DNA of 64,000 nucleotides from an uncultured Pseudomonadota bacterium (GTDB lineage Bacteria; Pseudomonadota; Alphaproteobacteria; Rs-D84): contig CADCKW010000001.1 of the NCBI GenBank assembly GCA_902802115.1, forward strand, positions 152,700-216,699, in the 5' to 3' direction. The position numbers and the translations under genes are program-made. Positions within the stretch are counted from its first letter, which is position 1; each line of letters begins with the position of its first letter. Under the pieces are notes generated by a model. That model did no database searches and was not told the DNA's origin. It was given only the letters and a program-made list of their open reading frames with translations. Of this stretch, positions 60,078-64,000 are shown in pieces.

Positions 60078-62493
60078 TTTTCTTTAAGTATTCTTCGACA
60101 AAACCACTCCCAAATTGTTTATATAATTCCTCGGCTAATAAAACCGATGAACGCCCAGATTCAAATAACCTTAATAAATTACCCAAACCACCTAATTCTG
60201 TATTTAAAATAACAGATTCCCCTGTGACCGGACGCGACAACAACACCGCGCGTTTTAAATTAGGATATGCTTTACCTTGGATAAACGCCATTTCCAACGG
60301 ATTTAATTTCCAGTGTTCATAATCCGCGACATCTGCCGCAGGATTACGGAAAAATAACACCGTTTGTGCCTGACCACGAACAACATCACCAATTCCCAGT
60401 TTATCCAAAACATTTGCGCGTTGGAAAGCCACCATATATGCCTGACGATTTTTACGACCTTCTTGCAGACCTGTAATAAAATTATCGCGGAACATTTTGT
60501 TTTCCAACATAGGTGCGGTTTCGTCAATCATAATCAAAGACGGATTTCCACCTGAAACAGTTGTATTATTAATTCTATGTAAAATATATGAAATAACTGC
60601 CGGCGCTAAATCAGGGTCTTGCAAAATATCTGTAAAATCAAAAGTGGTAAGTCTGGATTGTAAATCCAAAGTATCACTATCTTCATTAAACATATCGCCA
60701 TATTGCAAATCATCAACCCACTTTTTTAACGCAGGCCGCATATTACCACTGGACGAAAAACAACTTTCCCACAGATTTTTTAACTTTCTGTCTTTATCAG
60801 CCAAATAATCAAAATTAACCGATACCGCACGCGCGATTTCGTCCGCCGATGCCGCATCGTTTTGCCCAGAAATCATTGCAAACCAACGACGCAAAAACGC
60901 ACGATTTGCAACCGTATCAGCCATTTTTAATGGATTTAAATGTGTTTCAAAAGATTTTTCATTTTCATCGGCTTTTTTGTCGCGTCCCTGCATAGTGATA
61001 TATTTACCACCCACCGCCAAAGTAAATATTTCGGCACCTTTGTTTCTATCAAAGAAAAATGCTTTTAATTTTTGATGACGCAATGATTGTGCAATCAAAA
61101 ATGAATACAATGTTGTTTTACCGCCACCGGTTGGACCGATTGTTAAACTGTGTCCAACTGCCACCGGGGCATCTGAAACATGGAATTGGAATTGATAAGG
61201 TGTTCCTTGGGCTGTGGGGAAAACAACCAATGGTCCCGGACCCCAATCACTGTTTGCATGACCACGCGGCACCGCGTCCATAGGAATTGAAATTGCGGCT
61301 GTTTTTGATAACAATTTAAAACTGCGTGGGAAAACATCAAACCCCGGAATAAGTGAAAACATAGAAACACGTGATGCAAATGTTTCAACAACCGGTGAAA
61401 CACCAAACGAAGCCGATATTTTCTTAAATTCTGCGACATATTTTTCCAAATCTTCTTGTGTATCTGCAAACAACATAAACAAAGGATAAAAATTAACCAA
61501 ACTTTGATTTCCAGAAACATTTTCGTCCATAATACTTTCCGCAGCATCTAATTGTTCCATGGTTGATTCTTCGTGTTTTTCGTCCATTGTTGATTGTGTT
61601 TGACGCAAAGCCGTTGCGACATCTGCAACGCCCATAATACGAAAACCACTCATACAAATCATTTCTGTTTGAATTGTTGATACATTTATAAAAAATTCTT
61701 CGTCCAAATAATCAGGTGCAATTTTGAAAGAAATAGCCGCCGCATATTTTATATTACCACCACTTTCATATTTAATAAATCCAGATTGTAAAAATTCAAC
61801 ATCATCAACCGTCACTAAATTTGCAATATTTTTATCCGCAACCGCCGGTTCTGGTTTTGTCACAGGTGATAAAATCCGGCCAAAAAATCGTGCCATATTG
61901 TTTTTATCATTATTTTTTAATAATGTTGGTTTATAACCCGCAAACATTGATTCAATATAATTACAGCATTGATTTAACTTTTCGGTCGCGTCCGCCCCAG
62001 ACACAGAAATCACAATATAATAGTTATTAGAAAAAATCTTTAAACCTTGATTTTTCCATTTATCATAAATCATCTGCAAAGTTGGTTGATGAAATTCATA
62101 ATCCATATTTTCATTAACGGCATCTCTGGTGGTAAAAAAGCGCAAAACGACATTTGGGTCTTTGATTTGATTAAACAAACTGGCACGCAAATCTAAAAAT
62201 CTGGCACGTGTTTCATCATCTTGCAAACCTGTTTGAACACCGTCCAAATGATAAACCCTGACCACAGAATCATCATTTAAAACCAAAGTATTGTCTTTTT
62301 TAACATTTTTAAACGGCAAATAGTCAGAATATGAACTGTACCCGAATTTAGGGAAAATTTTTCGCGTTAAAACAGGCAGATATAACATCAAAGCGATAAA
62401 AACAACCACAACAACCATAACCAACACCGTCAATGTGATTGGAAAATCACTGTTGCCGGCAAAATATTCAAAAATCTGGTTATAATCTATCAT
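60070..62493 (-). CDS. virB4: VirB4-family type IV secretion ATPase
   Basis: PTAQGTPY.FQFH, TIGPTGGGKTTL, FFDRNKG, IMIDET, EGRKNR. Directly downstream of virB3. Confidence 0.92.
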   Translation of the reverse strand: MIDYNQIFEYFAGNSDFPITLTVLVMVVVVVFIALMLYLPVLTRKIFPKFGYSSYSDYLPFKNVKKDNTLVLNDDSVVRVYHLDGVQTGLQDDETRARFLDLRASLFNQIKDPNVVLRFFTTRDAVNENMDYEFHQPTLQMIYDKWKNQGLKIFSNNYYIVISVSGADATEKLNQCCNYIESMFAGYKPTLLKNNDKNNMARFFGRILSPVTKPEPAVADKNIANLVTVDDVEFLQSGFIKYESGGNIKYAAAISFKIAPDYLDEEFFINVSTIQTEMICMSGFRIMGVADVATALRQTQSTMDEKHEESTMEQLDAAESIMDENVSGNQSLVNFYPLFMLFADTQEDLEKYVAEFKKISASFGVSPVVETFASRVSMFSLIPGFDVFPRSFKLLSKTAAISIPMDAVPRGHANSDWGPGPLVVFPTAQGTPYQFQFHVSDAPVAVGHSLTIGPTGGGKTTLYSFLIAQSLRHQKLKAFFFDRNKGAEIFTLAVGGKYITMQGRDKKADENEKSFETHLNPLKMADTVANRAFLRRWFAMISGQNDAASADEIARAVSVNFDYLADKDRKLKNLWESCFSSSGNMRPALKKWVDDLQYGDMFNEDSDTLDLQSRLTTFDFTDILQDPDLAPAVISYILHRINNTTVSGGNPSLIMIDETAPMLENKMFRDNFITGLQEGRKNRQAYMVAFQRANVLDKLGIGDVVRGQAQTVLFFRNPAADVADYEHWKLNPLEMAFIQGKAYPNLKRAVLLSRPVTGESVILNTELGGLGNLLRLFESGRSSVLLAEELYKQFGSGFVEEYLKKNV

Positions 62494-62780
62494 GCGGGTA
62501 ATCTTTGTGGCACCTTGTGTTTAAACAGTTGTATTCTTGCAGATAAAATCTGGCCAATTTGTGGGTCGCGCCTGGAATATATCGCCAAAACCATATGAAC
62601 AAACATCACAGACAATAAAAAAATCACCGGACTAATATCATAATCAAAAAACACCAAAGAAACGACATAAATCGCAATAAAAGCAACAAATTGCACGACA
62701 AAATTGATTACGGCCAACGAATATGGCACGTAAAAAATACGCGGCGGGTTTGCCAAAGCTTTTAAAACTTGCTGTCTCAT
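62490..62780 (-). CDS. virB3: VirB3-family protein
   Basis: ALANPPRIFYVP, two TM segments, RRDP. Overlaps the virB4 start by 4 bp. Confidence 0.85.
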   Translation of the reverse strand: MRQQVLKALANPPRIFYVPYSLAVINFVVQFVAFIAIYVVSLVFFDYDISPVIFLLSVMFVHMVLAIYSRRDPQIGQILSARIQLFKHKVPQRLPA

Positions 62781-62793
62781 TTCTTCCTACACT

Positions 62794-63058
62794 TGTTAAT
62801 AATTATAACACTTTTCAACATTTTTTAACAAGCAGAAAAATAAAAACCAAAAATTTGTTAAAATGGTTAAAAACATATAAGTTTTTCAACAGTTTTTATT
62901 TTGTGTTATTTTTTAACAATTTAAAAATTTTCCTTAAAAATCTGGGAAAAAATTGTTAAAAACCTGTTAATAAAAAACTAAAAACCGTTTTTAACAATTT
63001 TAACAGCCCCAACAAAAACAACAAAAATATATATTATTTATTTGATTTTTGTTAAAAA
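62794..63058. repeat. AT-rich intergenic cluster of TTWTNAACA 9-mers (candidate oriC or regulator array)
   Basis: Forward copies at 62812, 62822, 62883, 62910, 62988. Reverse copies at 62794, 62954, 62965, 63050. Confidence 0.7.
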
Positions 63059-63091
63059 CCGTTTATAATCACTTGGCAAAAAGGATTTGAT

Positions 63092-63223
63092 ATGAAATTT
63101 TTAAGTTCATTAAAGGCATGGAAAAAACGCGGTGATATTAAACAAATTCGTCGTGGCAAACAGATTATTTTAATTGACCCTAAAAATCCTAAATTAAAGG
63201 CTAAACAGGGCTTTAAAAAATAA
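63092..63223 (+). CDS. rpmJ: 50S ribosomal protein bL36, Cys-free type (absent from the ORF track)
   Basis: MKFLSSLKAWKKRGDIKQIRRGKQIILIDPKNPKLKAKQGFKK. RBS 'aagga'; promoter TTGATT-16-TATAAT at 63042-63069. Confidence 0.9.
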   Translation: MKFLSSLKAWKKRGDIKQIRRGKQIILIDPKNPKLKAKQGFKK

Positions 63224-63241
63224 TATGGCCTAACAAAAATT

Positions 63242-63266
63242 AAATACCCGATTGGGTATTTTTTTT
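63242..63266. terminator. Terminator between rpmJ and the convergent sufD-like gene
   Basis: aaataccc-gatt-gggtattttttt. Confidence 0.8.
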
Positions 63267-63275
63267 ATAAAACAC

Positions 63276-63959
63276 TTAAAAATCGGGATTTGTAATAAAA
63301 GCCTCGCGCATTACACTTAAAATTTCTGGGTCTGTTAAACCTGCGGTATGTAAATATTCGATTTGTGGTGCTGTTGGTCGGGCAATATTTGCACTGTGTG
63401 CGGCAAATCCTGGTTCCGCAGATATTTTTTGTTGTGGGCTGAAAATAATTTTTGCATCTTTTTCGGCCATCGCAGAAAATTCAATATTTGAATTACAATC
63501 TTCACAATATTTATAAATATTGGCAACACCATTTAATTTTGATACTGAATTTTTATATGCCAGCAATCGATTTTTTACCAAAATACCAGTTTTTCTGCAT
63601 AAATGATGCGCATATATATTATATGTTAAATTACCATAATTTTCCATAACGATAAAACATGTAATATTTGAATCCATACCACTGTTTTTAATAACAATTT
63701 CAAAATCAGTAATATTTTCTGTTTTAACATTAACACTCAGGAATATTTTTTGGTTTTTAACATTTTCATTTATATCAATATTTAAAACATTATGACCTGA
63801 TAAATTACCAACATATATATAATGCACCGGTAAATCATAATTTTTTGAAATAACCGGGCTTTCCAAAGTGGAAATTTCAGGACAAAACAAACCGTCCCGA
63901 AAAACAATAGTTTCTGCGGGAAAAGGTTTTATGTTGAAATCTTGCCAGATGTATGACAT
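63276..63959 (-). CDS. SufB/SufD-family Fe-S cluster assembly protein (short, SufD-like)
   Basis: Beta-helix body; C-terminal PQQKI....AAHSA.I....QIEYL..AGL.....R.AFI. Confidence 0.7.
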   Translation of the reverse strand: MSYIWQDFNIKPFPAETIVFRDGLFCPEISTLESPVISKNYDLPVHYIYVGNLSGHNVLNIDINENVKNQKIFLSVNVKTENITDFEIVIKNSGMDSNITCFIVMENYGNLTYNIYAHHLCRKTGILVKNRLLAYKNSVSKLNGVANIYKYCEDCNSNIEFSAMAEKDAKIIFSPQQKISAEPGFAAHSANIARPTAPQIEYLHTAGLTDPEILSVMREAFITNPDF

Positions 63960-64000
63960 ATTACTCTTATTATAAAGGATTTTATTATGGGATTCAATTG

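Noticed and set aside
63224-64000. GC-skew switch to the right of the 9-mer cluster
   Set aside because: Only ~1 kb is available and hand counts were inconclusive, so it is not used as evidence for oriC.

Overview
Chromosomal window from an AT-rich Gram-negative bacterium, most plausibly an uncultured, reduced-genome alphaproteobacterium. This placement is an inference from AddB, the rsmI/LppC pair, long-form GyrB, the A29-U41 initiator tRNA, a Cys-free bL36, lolCDE/lpxCK and virB3/B4. Most genes lie on the minus strand. Core genes: dciA-like (partial), ruvC, yebC, ruvA, mnmE, xth, addB, engB, rsmI, lolD/lolE, ftsQ, tsaE, uvrB, asmA-like, aspS, pagL-like, ung, gyrB, lpxC, lpxK, rpmJ, sufD-like, and five tRNAs (Tyr, Gly, Met, Thr, fMet). 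Also present are three tandem acyl-CoA ligases, a split type IVb pilus module, an isolated virB3-virB4 pair and many lineage-specific secreted or Cys-rich proteins. Main discoveries: (1) a very compact Asp-specific T-box riboswitch upstream of aspS, with a perfect antiterminator, a UGGC bulge matching the G73 discriminator, an ultra-short K-turn Stem I with GAC in the apical loop, and no Stem II; (2) a divergently transcribed four-way-junction RNA with a competing antiterminator; (3) an in-frame FtsA-Rpe fusion; (4) repeated duplication of tRNA or gene 3' ends around tiny repeat-filled spacers or a mini-island; (5) palindromic repeats inserted in frame into mnmE; (6) tRNAs that break near-universal rules (C55, Gly A73); (7) a 9-mer cluster that may be oriC with variant DnaA boxes. 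No CRISPR, rRNA, integrase or transposase was seen. All protein assignments are by motif recognition, not database search.
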